Notes: generated from the sequence alone by a model not told the origin. A stretch of 64,000 nucleotides of DNA from Hydrolagus colliei (GCA_035084275.1 CM068748.1:4154001-4218000); one strand, 5' to 3'. Counted from the stretch's first letter, positions 14,121 through 28,000 are shown. A program made the numbers and translations.

Positions 14121-15301
14121 GGAAACTGTTCCATTATCTAAAAAGTGCTAAATGTTTACTGTCACCTAAAATAGAATTGAAATGTTCTTAATATTTGAAT
14201 GCAAATTGTACAAAGGGGTGTGAACGTGGGGCTGAGGGAGTTTCATCTACAAGACCAGGATCATGGTGTGATTTGCATCAAGCTAAACTTGGAAGAAATT
14301 GTAACATTAAAACAGAACAGTGTATTAAAAAATATGGAAGAATACTATTTCCGTAATCTTAATAGCTATGTAGTTGCAAGGGTTGCAAGAAATAGGGAAA
14401 GTGAATACCAGTTGTGGGATTCTGGGGGAAATCTTTGGTTTGCTTTATAATACAATACAGTGATTTAGAAGATTCAAAATCATAAGGTACTATAGAGGCA
14501 GCGATCAAGAACAAGAAAAATGTGGGTAGTGAAAGAGAAAGTGATTAATAAGTGACTTTAGCAGAATCAACACCACTTGACAGCAAGTAATTGATTCTGT
14601 GTTTATACTCCTGGAAGTGAAGTGTCTTTCCTTCCAGCAGTGTTGTAATGTTGAGAGGGAAACCTGATTTATACTTCACACTCCACTCCACATCAGATGC
14701 TGGCTGTTAAAAAACCAACACCAGTTATCAGTCAAGTCTGAAATTGGGCGTTAGTTTTTTTAAATGTTATTAAAGAGTTGCGCAATTGACTCTTTGGTAA
14801 CATTCGAAAGCAGTTTGTTGAAAGTTCTAGGCCATTCATTCAACCGCTCAAAAGTTTTCAATGGATCATGGAGAGCAAGAGCAGTGCAACCCACACCCGC
14901 TGTGTTTATACGCTGCAGCAGATGTGAATTGCATTGCTCCTCAAACTACTTCCTCCATGTGGTCTCAGGAAGGAGCTCCAGCACGATTCATGCTGGTTCG
15001 ACTCAGCTTCTCTTGCACGTTTGGATGAGAATTACTGGCACAATCACCACAAATATGAAATATAAGCTCCGCATAAAAATCCATGATTGGTTTGTGATGA
15101 TAGTCACAAATGGGTTGCTGCAAACAATAAGAGGAACAAATGACACAAAGTACTTTTGCACATGTGCAGGCAGTTGATATAAGCTGAATGAAAGCCAACT
15201 ATTACATAATACAGGATAAACTTCAATATTGGGGTGAGATTTGTGATACATTAAATGTAGTATGCAATGCTGAAAATCTCGCTCTCTAAATCCATTATGC
15301 A

Positions 15302-15592
15302 AAATAATAATAATCCTTGCATCTGATATAGCGCTTTTCACATCTTATCGATGTTTCAAAACGCTTCACAGAATCTACTGTAAAGTGAATTGACTATATT
15401 TGTGGGCGAAATGCGGCAGCCAATTGCGCACAGCAGTGTCCCACAAACAGTCATGGATTGAAATGACCAATTTTATTATTGTTTGTTTTTTTGGAGGGAT
15501 TATTATTAGGCGTTTGGAGTAAGGAAACTTGCCCAATGTTTCGCCCTGACCTGCCTGGAATCGAGTGCTCTACCCACTGAGTTACAGGGTTC
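15302..15592 (-). mobile_element. tRNA-derived SINE (partial CORE-like + Deu-like + ATT tail) with a deletion in the head
   Basis: Collinear with 44018-44321. It has the A box taactcagtggg, then ttgggcaagtttccttactcca, gactgtttgtgggacactgctgtgcgcaattggctgccgcatttc and the tail gctatatcagatgcaaggattattattatt. Confidence 0.9.
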
Positions 15593-15934
15593 GCATTTGA
15601 TACAGCATCTTATCATGCCATCGAGACACCTCAAAGCGCTTCACTGGATATACTCTAAAGTGTAGTGGCTGCTATTTTGTGTGTGAAATGCGGCATTACA
15701 ATTGTGCACAGAAGTGTCTCACAAACAGTCGTGGATTGAGTGACTAAATTATAATTTTAAAAGTATATTTTGGAAGGAAATATTTCCCCTGGAAAGCAAT
15801 CCAACGGGTTCCTACTTACTGCTGGGATAAACAGAGACATGTGTGTGTGGAGTAAGGAAACTTGCCTAAGGTTTTGCCCTGACCCACCCAAATCAAACCC
15901 AAGTCCTCTCGTTTGTAAGGCTGTGCTACAGGGA
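15593..15934 (-). mobile_element. tRNA-derived SINE (full CORE-like + Deu-like), A box deleted, joined head-to-tail to the previous copy
   Basis: Minus strand reads ccttaggcaagtttccttactccacacac..ctctgtttatcccagcagtaagtaggaacc, then ccacgactgtttgtgagacacttctgtgcacaattg.. and gctgtatcaaatgc. Confidence 0.85.
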
Positions 15935-16694
15935 GCATGCTAAATTTAATGGCATTACTCTCCCTCACCCCATTCTCTTTGTCTCCCGAAATATTTAAAG
16001 ATAACAAAATAGATGTATATAAAAATATACTTTCCTGTAGTAACAATACATTGCGAAGAGTGGCACACAGGCTCACACCCACACAATCATTATGAAATTC
16101 AACTAATACAAAGATACAATAAACTCAACTTTGATCAAAACTCACAGAATCCTTTTTGTTTAACAAACGTAAGCAGTGCAAGAGATGATGCAATTACAAA
16201 TGTAGACTTTATTATAGCAGATTGGAAATAATTTTGCACATGGAAATTGATTGGTAATCAAAACAGAAATTGATTGTCCTTCATATTGCTTTAACTTGTG
16301 ATATTTACAATGCTACCATTCTTGCTTCACTGATCTGATCAGAAAAGATATGGTATGGCATTAAACCCTGATTCAGTAAATATTATAGGTTGATTTGATA
16401 GTTTTGAGGAATATTTTACAGGTGACAATTGTCATTCACTATAATGACAGTATAATGACAGTCTCTGCTGTGAGATTTAAATATGAAACAAATGATTGCA
16501 TGTATGATAGTGTAAATTGAGAGAGACCAGCCCTACTGTATGAATATATTATTACCATTAAAAGTACCTTTATATTTACTTTAGAGAGTCAAAGCATGGT
16601 ACACAGTCACAAGCTTTTTCCAATGCTGGAGTTCTCCTGTTCAAGCATGTTTTCATCCCCACTAACATTATCAGCGCTGTTTCTATGTAGTAAA

Positions 16695-17055
16695 ATCATC
16701 TCCGCATTTAATAAAGCATCTTAACACATCATCCAAATGTTTTAATTCACTTTACAGGATTTACTGTAAAGCGTAGTGGCTATGTATTTGTATATACACA
16801 GCAATATCCCACAAGCAAAGTGAACAACTCATTTTATCAGGGGAAATATTGGTCAGGATACTGGGAAAAACTCCCCTTGTTTTGTGAATAAGGTTATGGG
16901 ATCTTTTATGTCCACTTAAACACCCTGACAGGACCTTAGTTAAACATCTCATCAAAAGGCCTGGAGTTTTAGCATAGACTATGAGCTCATAGTCCTAAAA
17001 TAGGACTTGAACCCACAACCTTCTGACTCAAGTGCTACCCACTGAGTCAGGCTGA
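16695..17055 (-). mobile_element. Old DeuSINE-type (SacSINE1/AmnSINE-like) element
   Basis: Minus-strand head tcagcctgactcagtgggtagcacttgagtcagaaggttgtgggttcaagtcc, body gatgagatgtttaac..aaaagatccca and Deu-like tgcttgtgggatattgctgtg. Homologous to 60370-60735. Confidence 0.75.
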
Positions 17056-17070
17056 TATTGAACCTAATAT

Positions 17071-17800
17071 AAACATAAGAAAACATGAAATGAGAAAAGT
17101 TAACTTATCTCACAAGCCTCTTCTATTCACATAACAAGTGAAATCTATTATGCTGTAAACTTTGCTGCATACATTCTATCTCCTAGGGTTCACTCCTCAG
17201 ATATTCCCTGATCCCAAAAGATAATAAAAGAAAAACTATTCATCCATATTCATCCATACTCATCCATACTGACATTTCTACTGTTCACTCCTGAACTGCT
17301 TCCCACAAGATTTCTTCCCTTCCCCTTACAGGGTTTCAGTAGCACAAGATCAGTGCGAGTATTTATTTTCCTTGGAGTATTTATTTTCTCAGTCTACACC
17401 TATCCTGATAACCTCCAATACTCTTCCCTACTAAATAGTTATTGATGTATTTTTTGAAGGAGTTAATTGACACAGCATCAACTGCTTTTCTTGGAAATCT
17501 GTTCTATGTATCTGTTTCTCTGTAGGGAAAAAAAACCTTCTAATCTCTAACCTTGCTTGAGGCTTGTTAATTTTTCAACCTATGTCCTCTAGTTTTGTGC
17601 CTACGGTCTAAGTGAAATAGCCTGTTCACATCTACATTATCTATGGCTCTTGGCATTTTAAAGATCTAGTTCATGTTTCCAATCAATCCTTTTTTTCTCC
17701 AATAAAGACAAATTCAGTTCTGTGAGGCTCTCATCACAGTTTAGAAACCTTGCCTTACAATCATACTTGCTACTCTTCTCTGCGCCCTCTCCAATGCAAT
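17071..17800 (-). mobile_element. CR1-clade LINE 3' end (ORF2 C-terminus + 3' UTR), decayed
   Basis: Minus-strand translation ALERAQRRVASMI..ESLTELNLSLLEKKGLIGNMN*IFKM..DNVDVNRLFHLD..KTRGHRLK/..ARLEIRRFF, followed by a ttcttatgtt-type tail at about 17071-17085. Confidence 0.85.
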
Positions 17801-20462
17801 CACTTGCTTTTGAGGGTATTTCTGGAACTCAGTTGTTTTGCACAACTGTATACTTCTCGAGTCCACCTCCTAACTCTGGTGTAGTGCAATTTATTTTATC
17901 GACTTGCCATTAGAAACTCCAGTAGGTCCACAATATTCAGGTGCCTTCGGTTTGTCTTATATCTCTGGTTATGGTGAAACACTGACTACAACTGGTCACC
18001 TCCATCCTATTGTTATGGAGGTGAACAGTACTTCTTGAAAGTTTGGAGATCTGCAATAAAAATTGTACAATATTGAAGAGTATACTCTCCAAATAATATA
18101 TCAGTGAAATAATTCTCACTGACCGTAAGACAAATTAAACATTATGAATCCCTTGAGAGATGTTTTCTAACTGTATGATCAATTCTTTGATGCACTACAT
18201 GTACTAACATTTTTTACTATCTTTACAAATCAGAAATATATACAGGGGTCCTGCCTAATACAACCTCAACAAATGCCCATGTATAGTATAGAGGTAAAAA
18301 CATTTAAAATGTGCAATATTACTCAGTGGTAATAATACTCACATAAAACAACTGATTCTACATAGTTGTGTGCTGGTGGCAATGCCGTCCAAAATAAGAA
18401 TCCCAATCCACCTGCGCTTCTTCCATTGCTCTTCTGATTTCTTGTTGCTTTATGGACAGCTACAGCTGATGTACAAAAGAGGTGAAGAGGTTATAAAGTG
18501 CAGGGGCCACTAATGTATATGGAGGTGCAAAGTGTATTTGACAATCTGCTTCCCATCTGCTCCCACTTGACCATCACTTCCACCCTACATGGTCATTCTT
18601 TGAATTCCTAAGGTGATGCCTGCACCTGTTTTCAGGATGTTCCTGGCATTTTTGTTGTCCCGTTTTTGTGCAGCCCGGGATTATAATGTCAATTTAGCTT
18701 TAGTTTTATATGGAGTCCTCGATCTATACTACAAATCAAAATTCAGAACCTAAATTGTACATCCAAAGCGACTGAGTATTTCAAAGGAAAATGCTGATGA
18801 AGATCTATACAGAGACTGGCTTAGAATCCTCACACCAGTGTCTATCAGCAGGAACAAGCCTTCTGGGCTCTCAGAAAGTTATTTGGTTGTGGGTGATATG
18901 GACGGAAACAACAGCCACAGTGCTTGTTTCAGAACTGCTTGCATGAGGATAAAAGATATTCTCACTGGAAGTCCAATTGCAACCTTCAAATTTAATATAA
19001 CTACAATTAAAAAGATGGTGGGCTGTGGCCGAGGGCATCTTAAGTAAATCCCAGAGGCTTATCCCTTAATGGACTGGAATGCAAGAAGCATAGGGTAGCT
19101 TATGCTACCCAGGTGGCAGCCATAAACCTAACGGATGTCGTCCCACTTGCATTCCTCTGCAAGGTATTTTTACCACCACAGGGGATGGACTCTCACCTCA
19201 AGAAACGGGTTACAGCTGTATATTCAGGAACTTATCTTTACATACATATATATATATAAAAATCCTACCACTGTTCCAATATAATTATGAGGCCAAGGTA
19301 CAACCTCCAGGGAAGCTAAACCTGCTGGAGAGAACCATGTGCGGGCAACCCAGCCATATGTCATATTCTACCTCACATGACCTGAGCACTTACTTCTACC
19401 ACAACACATCGCCAGATTGGTGTTAGTTTGAAAACAAAACTATAGACAGTCAGTGGGCATTTGCAGACATTGTTTTTAGAAAGACCAGGCTATTAATTGT
19501 GTTTTTGGTTTGGCACGATGGCAAGTGACCTGTCACTACTGGATGTGAAATGCCTGAATGTGGATAAATCAATAATAATAATAATAATATTAATAATCCT
19601 TGCATTTGAGTGAGGTAAAGAGGGATATCGCTACCAAATCCATGTTGCTCCTTCAGAAAATAATAGCCGACTGTCTTGGTTATATATTGCGGACGGATAA
19701 TATGTACTTAACACAAGTGTTCATGACCTTAGGAGAATCCACCTGATGAAGTGCACTCTGTGTGTTTTTAATGTGTAAAAGTATAAAGATTGGAGCAGTT
19801 ATCTGCAAAAGTATTTGAGTGTAAAACTATACTGCCAGGATCTTGTGGACAATTAAAAGGAACTGCAAGGTAGTTGATTATAAAGGGATAACTGCAAACC
19901 TACTGGGAGCTCTCGGTCACCATTCCTTACCATGCTTTAACCTTTATAACTGCTGATTAGACGCACCCTAGAAGTAGACATTTCCTGCAGCACTCCTGAA
20001 TGCGACATTTAATAACTTTGATCAAGACATATCGCAAATGATAAAGCTGCCCAAAATATCCATACTGGTAATATTACTGGAAAAAAAATCTACCTTTACG
20101 TCATATAAAATAGCTGCTTCCATGATGATTACAATTAGAACTACAGTGTATTTTGTTTCACTTTTCCTGCCCCTATTTGCTTTCGTCGTCCTCTTCTGAA
20201 GGCATTGGGTCTTACAGATGTTCAATTCCCCCTATGCTTTACTGTTCCTTAACCAAGTGTCGTTTATTCAGAAGTCTCAATCGGCAATAGGGGTACTATA
20301 GCTGGCCCTAATCTTGCCTTGCCCAATGTACTCACATTCCAGCAGGATTCCCTCGATGGGTTCTGCAGTAAAGCAGGGCACTGAGGCCGATTGCTGATAC
20401 CCTTGCTTTGATAAAGCTAACTCAACCCACGATAGTAAGTAAACCCAATACTGTACAATCTT

Positions 20463-20636
20463 AAACAAAAACAGAAGTTGCTGGGAAAACTCAGCAGTCA
20501 GGCAGCATCCATGGAGAAAGGAAAGTGAGTCAACATTTCAGGTCCACAATCCTTCATCAGAATTGGACCTGCTGAGTTTTCCCAGCAACTTCTGTTTTTG
20601 TTTCAGATTTCTGGCATCTGTAGTATTTTGTGTTTT
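20463..20636. mobile_element. Palindromic element (Penelope-like pLTR-derived/MITE-like) with perfect 35-bp arms
   Basis: Arms 20463-20497 and 20569-20603 are exact reverse complements. The spacer carries a ctgatga..gaaa motif on the minus strand. The family assignment is from memory of shark repeats. Confidence 0.7.
20528..20564 (-). ncRNA. Degenerate minimal type I hammerhead ribozyme-like motif
   Basis: Minus strand: aauu-CUGAUGA-AGG(auugugga)CCU-GAAA-ug-UU-gacu. The core and 3-bp stem II are present, while stems I and III are imperfect. Confidence 0.45.
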
Positions 20637-21854
20637 GTCCAATACTATCTTACCCTGTGTGGCTCAGTTTCACAACCAGTTGTAAATTCACTCACCCAGA
20701 CATCACAACGGCTAACTAGCAATTCCAAAGCATAAAATGGAGACAAAATGATGAATAGACAATAAGTATAGGTAGGACAAGTGATGTCCTTCTTTGGAAT
20801 ACGTAGCAACTTCAATATGAACAACAATCTAGTGACACAGACTTCAAAGTACAATTTTAATCATTGTACTTTTTCTGCTATTCTGCAATGTATGTATTTA
20901 ATTCCAAGGTTATAGTTTTCAAAATATGCATATATTATAATTCAGGAACAGCAGGAAGCCCAGGCTGAAGATTCGCCTTCAAGTGTCCCATACACATTTC
21001 CTATCATGTACCTCAGATGTCCAGAGAACAATTATCTTTTAAGTGATAATCTCATAACACAATTTGAACACCTGTGTTCTAACATGCGCGCTGCTGTATT
21101 TTAATATTAAACAGATCAGTTTGCTTCACTAATGTGGATAATGATGTTTTCAGTTTCAGTTTTTATGTTTTATAAATGCTCAGTAATGCATTTGAAATGT
21201 TTTGAAGTGAATAAATAAGTTTCTGCTAATTTCCTGGTGTAATATTGCAGTCACATTATTGCACCATGTTGAGTACTTACCTCATAGGTAGATCTTCTGT
21301 AAAATGTTACAAAAGATCTAAGTGCTTTCAGCAACACAAAGCACGTTAACATCAAAAAAAAACAAGCCATGATTGCAGGATTGGGACCTTAGTGTATCAT
21401 TGCCCGGCCAGTGAAGAAAGGGGACTTATTGAGGGAAAAACATCATTTATGACCTCTCCAGCTTTGCAAAACTGTTCTATAACTACTTCAGTGACACATG
21501 AACATCAACTTGTTGGTACGTGTGAGACCATCTTGGAAGAGATGGAGGTGCATGGCCAGTTCTATTTGTGGACAGCAAAAATCAACCATCTGTGCACAGT
21601 TTTGTGCCTTGTGTGGAAAGGACATGGGCTGGATGTTCTGTAGCCTATGGAGAAAGGAATTGGGGAGGACGACTAATGGCAAATCCCAAATCAGACTAAT
21701 CAACAGAAACATAGGAATGCTTAGAACTGTGACTTGACCAAATTGAAGTGAGGAATTTGGAGCCATCAAAGGCTTACAGTGGGGTTCAGCAGAGCCCTGT
21801 TGAGGGGCTAGAGGTGAGGTTCTCAGTTGCTCATGGATTTCATTGTAACTGTGC

Positions 21855-22050
21855 AGTCCTGTAGCGTAGTGGTTAGCGCACTCGTCTCGCCAGCAAACAA
21901 GAGCACCCAGGTTCGATTCCCAGGTGAGGCAGGTGAAATCTTAGGCAAGTTTCCTTACTCTAAACACACACACCTCTGTTTACCTAGCAGTAAGTAGGAA
22001 CCTGGTTCTTAGTCGTTTGGTGGATCACTTTCTAGGTGTAATAATTATTT
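21855..22050 (+). mobile_element. tRNA-derived CORE-like SINE with intact Pol III boxes, 3' truncated
   Basis: A box tagcgtagtgg (21862-21872), B box ggttcgattcc (21910-21920), then cttaggcaagtttccttactc..cctctgtttacctagcagtaagtagg. Confidence 0.85.
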
Positions 22051-25000
22051 TCCTTGCTTCAGGGATACTGTATTTCATCCAATGTTGCTTCATAAGGTTT
22101 TATTGAGAACCGCGTCAATGACTTCACTGTTTTCCCATTTCATCTCAAAATGTTTGTATGTCAAAATAGAAAATGTGCGATTCACTACATTGTCGAACGG
22201 GAATCTTTTCGAATTCTTTCTACCACTTTTCAATGCCTAATTTTATCCACTTTGCTCACTTTTACCAAATCAATCCTGTGCAAAATGTTTGCGTGGAAAG
22301 CAAATCATGGCCTCACAATCTTTGTTAAATTTGTGTTGGCCTCTTTTTCTCTTGAGCCTGATTTGCTGGAATGTGTATGTACCAGTATTCAGGAAATAAG
22401 TTACTGGGAATTTGGGAAAAAAACAGATTTATACCCATTTTCACTAGTTTGTATTGGTTCTATTTTGCATAACGTATATCTCAGGGATGTATTGATATGT
22501 CCATTTCTCTCATTTATAAATCTAACTAACCAATCATTTGTGATACCACCTGAAATTGTCTGACCCACGCAAGATTCAACACCTTAATTCCTGATGCCTC
22601 CTAGTACGCAGGCTACTCACATCAGTTTTCACACTTTCATTTGTTTTCACGTTGAGTTTCACGATCAGCATTGGGCTTTCGTGAATAGCAAGAACATTTT
22701 CATCAGTCAATCCATCATCCCGTTAACAATTGTGCCCGAAGCTTCTGTGGGACAATAAGAACCCCCTCTTGGAAAGAGTAATAATAATAATGGTAATAAT
22801 CTTTTCATCCTGTAATCCGTATTAGAGAGTCCACATGTCCGTAAATGCCACTTACAAATTCAGCATTGGAAATGTGAGAACGAGATTGGTTTTGGTGAGT
22901 TGTTCTTTAGTGGTCAAACAGCCTGAACACTGCACTTGGATGAGGTAACACTAATTGAGGAACTGCACTGCTCCATAGGTCAATAGCTTCAGAAACAGTG
23001 GGAAAAAAGATTGGAGAGATGGATGAAACTGGTACCGTTTAGGCCTGAGCCAAGGTTGTATAATCTTCAGTACACTTACTTCTTCACCAAACCCATATCC
23101 ACAAAACTGCAGAAGTTTTAAACTACACGATGTTATTTTTAGTCTTGTTAAAAGTTGTCTGTCTGAAGGAACGTAACTACAGTGTATTTTTAATGGGAAT
23201 TTCTGAAAACAAAATGCTCCGTTCTATCAGGTACTCAATCTTTTGAAGATACCTTTCTGCTTTTTAATTTTCTGCACTTTTTGCTCAGTGTTTGAAGGCC
23301 GACAGATTGACAGCAAATTAAGGGGCTTCGATTTTTCCTGTAATCCATTTCATCACAAATGGCATTAGGACAATCTAGAATTTGGGAAGTTTAACATTTC
23401 TGACAATAATGGATAATTTTTAATGCAATAGCTTCATCCATCTTTTGAAAAATAAATTAGATTTACTATTGACACAATCCACATCAACAACACTTCTATT
23501 TACTAAAGACTTTTAGCATCACAATAAATTGAGTTGCAAAGGCTGAAATACACTGAACAGATTTATTGATTATACTCAGCAACATAGTTTTAATGTGTAT
23601 AATTTATAGTGCATAGGTCATTTCCTGATAATACACATCTGAAAAAAAATCGAAAAACAGTGTTTCCAGCCATATTGCACCAAGCATCTTCAAATCCTGT
23701 GCTACTGTTTTCTTTATTAGCATTTGCCACATCAATCAAAAGTTGCTTTTTAATAAAAGCAATATTTAATATTCATCGGATGGGTTATAGAGCCTAACAA
23801 ATAATTGGAGATTAATTTAAGGAAGTGTTTTGTGTTACGTTAACATTCATGTGCCTTTTGAGCTTCATGTTTTTTAAATTAAAGTGATTGGTAATTGAAT
23901 GAGTGGCTTGTAAACACTGTCTTATCTCTATTGTCAATAATGAACATTTGATAATTGTAGATAACTTCAAGGAGCTAAATCCTGAAAATTGAAACTAAGC
24001 TAAGACATAAAGGATGCCAGCTAAATAGTACTGAAAAGCAAAGAGGTGCCCAATATTGGTCTTGAAACGTGTTTGGTGTTACTGTCGTTTTAATTTTTAA
24101 ATAATCACATTTCTATTTATTTTTCCTGGGCACAAAATTGTAAAAACAATTAAAATATGTACTCTCTTTTAATCTGTTTTTTTTAACAATATGCAGCATC
24201 GCTGTAACCTCCAGTACTGAGGCCAGAGAACAATGCCACCTCCTGTGCATATCTGGTACTGATACAAGTGGCAAACTGTTCATTGAGACTGCAAGCTTTT
24301 TGCTTTGGTAATCCAGATAATAAAAGCGATAAAAATACATTTAGAGTCACATCTGCATTACTCAAGATAATAAAGGGGCCTGAAATTGGCTTTGAGAATA
24401 GGCTGTGTACAAAGATGATACTGATTAAAAGGAACGATTTATTTGACATAATAATAGTGTTGTATTAGAAAATGCACGTAATCTTTGACCAAAAATCTGA
24501 CATCATATTTAATCTCGCATTAGATAAGTGCTACTCCATTTCATTAGTAAATTTGCAAGATAATTTCAAAGAGTTTTATATCTTTGTATTTTTTAAAGGA
24601 CTGAGGTCATCCTTTTTACCTTTTTGGAATATTTCATCATTATTACTACTACTCCTACAATGGAACGATTTTGAATTATGACTTCAAGCACATTGTGTAG
24701 CATTTAGTAGCTAAAGAAGAGGCAACCCCTATGTATTTTGATGGGCTTTGACATATTTGTAATCATTCTAGAGTTTGATAAATAAACTGCAGCAGATAGG
24801 CCAGAGTGACAGCACTGGGATTCAGTTCAATCCTCGGTTATATTTAAATGTAATGAATATACAAGTCTTCAGTGTTAAGGACACCTTTGTGTTTTTAAGT
24901 GCCGGCAGTAATCTAAGTGTTAAATTTGTGAAATATCACAGAAGAGAGATACTGCCAGAAATGTTGCACATTAGTGTCACAAACAGTTTATCCCATCAGC

Positions 25001-28000
25001 TATGTTACTTAATGCAGTTATCAATACAAGTAGCAAGAGTCTGTTGTAAGAACAATTAGAGCAGTCCGCAGTGACACACATTAGAGACATCTGAGTCATG
25101 CAAATAAAGTGCTTGTAAATCTAGATGCACTACATGTACCAGCTCCTACATCACTGGGCGTGTGGACTGGACACAGCCCTATTGGGGGAATTCACACCTT
25201 ATGGTACTTTTCTCCTTGTCCAATTCACGGGAGAGCGGTGACAGCCTGAGGGCGCATCCGTCAGAAAGCCAAAGCTTACATTTAAATGTCAAGCTTACTG
25301 CAAACCTCTTTACACAGTCACATTGCTAGTCACTCAGAATTAAGACTTCATTCAGATTAAATAGGCCTGTACAGTGCTTTCCTATTTATTTGAATCAAGG
25401 TAGGCCACAATGGGAAGCAAACCATCTCCACCTTTCCTTCAAGTGTTTTTAATTAAAGGGGACTATGTCATCATTTAGGGAAATTGTGTCAGGCAGAAAT
25501 TGATATGGGGTATCTGATGTGATTGTAGCAGAGGAGCCCCCAAAGCTTTTTCAATAACAATTGCTGACACCAAGTTAGCTGCATCTGAATCAGACCCATG
25601 TGTTTACAGTCATCGATTTCTCTATTGCTATTTTTTTTCTTAAACAATGACACAGGCCTTTTAAGTGCTGAAGCAGAATCTATCATTCTTCGCTGGCTGC
25701 AATAAATTGTAATTGGTGTGATTAGTAAATGGACATTAAAATCTTGCTAAGAAGGGGAGCAATTTAATAACTTCACATAAGTCAGGAAGTTAGGTCAAGG
25801 TTTCATTGCAGTTTTTGGACCTGTATAACAAGCTTACTATTTTCTTACATAATGTAAAGTTATCCTCCATTTAAAGGAGATTTTAAAAAAAGTTCCAGAT
25901 CCATAAAATATCTCTTCAATTGTCGTATCCTCGGAATGAAGTAAATAAAACACACTAATCCATCTCATTGTTTTGTTGTTAAAATTTTAGTACTCAAAGG
26001 ATTGTTTTCAGACACAATGGGTAATATTGCCAAGTGTTAATAACCTGACGCATGAGGTGGGTGACTTTAGATTATCATATCTGTCAACCTTCAGTGCATC
26101 ACCGGAAGAGATATTTGTGAAAGAAATTCATGAGAGAGCTACAGATCCAATTTGAGCACCCGTGAAATGATTCTAAAGTGCTCAAGTCTGATTAAAAGCA
26201 TGCATTTGTTTTCCATTATTGATGTGTGAGTTTTACTCAGTTTGTCGAGTTGCAGACTTTGACTGCCGATAAGCATAGCTTTCAAATAAAGGAATCCAAT
26301 TCTGGAGCATTTTGTGGAGAAATTCTGGAGTTTTACTTAGATGTAATGGAATCCAATATAGTCCTGTCTCCGCTATGTTAATGATTACCTTTGCTCACAC
26401 GCTTAAAGCAACTTAAATCGCAGTGCAGACACAGCTTATGTGACTGAAGGCTGTAGTCACCCAACTGTCAGGAAATTTATTTCGCATTGACTTGAGGTCT
26501 GTTCAAATGGAGGCTGGAGTCACTCTAACACAAATTAATCTAAATAAAGTTACTCTGTGGTAAATATAACCATCGTTTATTTTCTTATAGTATTCATTTG
26601 TCAGCTCACTTCCTGACCAATACTAATACTTTCTGTATGTATGTATTGATAAGACACAATGTCAAATTATTCAGTTCCTACTTGTGGTTTAAAAACGGTG
26701 TATATATTGTACTGACTAGTTAAGACTATGCTCCACTGTCAGTTTCTCAGTCAGTTACTTTCATTCAGCTCACTTTTTTTTTCAGCTGTGTATTTTCCAT
26801 TACAGGTTTCAAAATATGTATTATAATATATTGTATGGATTCTACCATTCAATAATAAGTTAAATCACAAATAAATGGTTTCTGTATTGACGGAATAATT
26901 CTCTTCCATTAACACAAAAACATTAATAAGTAGACTATGCATTCTCTTTGGCTTAAAAATAATTACTCAGGCTCATAAAGCTTAATCAAGATTCTATGTA
27001 ATTTTTTACTTAAAGTGACTTTGATTGACATTCAGAATAAATAACTGTTAATAATGAAGTTAAAATGTTCAATATTTTACATATACGGGCTTGTTGAAAA
27101 TTCCCTTGTTTCAGGGGAGCGCTAGTCTGTTGATCTTTGAAGACAGGAAGATCTGAATGTGTAAGACACAAGAGAAATGGAAAAAAAATATGCTGCGGTT
27201 TTGCTTTGGATCCCACATAGAAAAAAGATTCCCGCGGACCCAGCAGATTAAGTAGTAAATTACATTAGGTATCTATGTACCAGCAGGTATGGAGATTTCA
27301 ACAACATTAAACCCTATTTCTCCACATCTACCAGCCACTCACTCTGCTTACTGTTCTTTGCTTCCAAACATAACACAATCACACCAAGAAAATCTAGGCA
27401 GGCTACTACGTAAGATATTGCGGACACCCTTTGAAATCCTTCAAAAAAAATTGACTCAACTTGTAGGCAAAAAACAGGAGCAAAAACAAATGAGGTGAAA
27501 AATGCATTTTTCATATCATAGACAAGATAGCTGTTAGTGAGTTGTAAAACTGCAACTCGATTGAAATGTTCTGATAAATGCAGTTTATAAACATTATAGT
27601 GGGACTCTGAGCTCAAGGTATTTGTTTAAACTCAGCACCATTTGCCACCCTGCGTAAAATATAAGCACACTTTTTTTTGTTAAAAAAAAGGTTATTGTGG
27701 CAAGCTTTTATGGTTTCTAGCACCGGGAAGCATTGAGTATAGTTATGCAGTAGTACTGCAACACAGACAAAAGGGTCACACAACTCATAATGACATCTGA
27801 CCTGGGGGAAGATGCAAATCATGTGGCAGATAGCACTGTATTTGCAAGTTAATTTTGAAGTGACACTCTACGAGAGAAAACGTCAACGATTATACATATG
27901 GATTGACTAGTGTCTAAATATTGTGCAGGAATTGATCTACTTGTAGATTTCATTTATTTTCCAGCATTCGTTTTCTTTCAATTTGTTGAATTTGTATATA

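Noticed and set aside
17240-17270. Short tandem repeats (catccatact x3; also 16440-16461 and 43695-43730)
   Set aside because: Ordinary slippage duplications with no further structure.
19093-19110. gggtagcttatgctaccc, one mismatch from the EBNA1 palindromic site
   Set aside because: Single isolated 18-bp palindrome with no viral context; most likely chance.
21392-21769. Three overlapping ORFs, possibly a Harbinger Myb/SANT remnant
   Set aside because: I could not recover diagnostic residues in any frame; the call is unsupported without a search.
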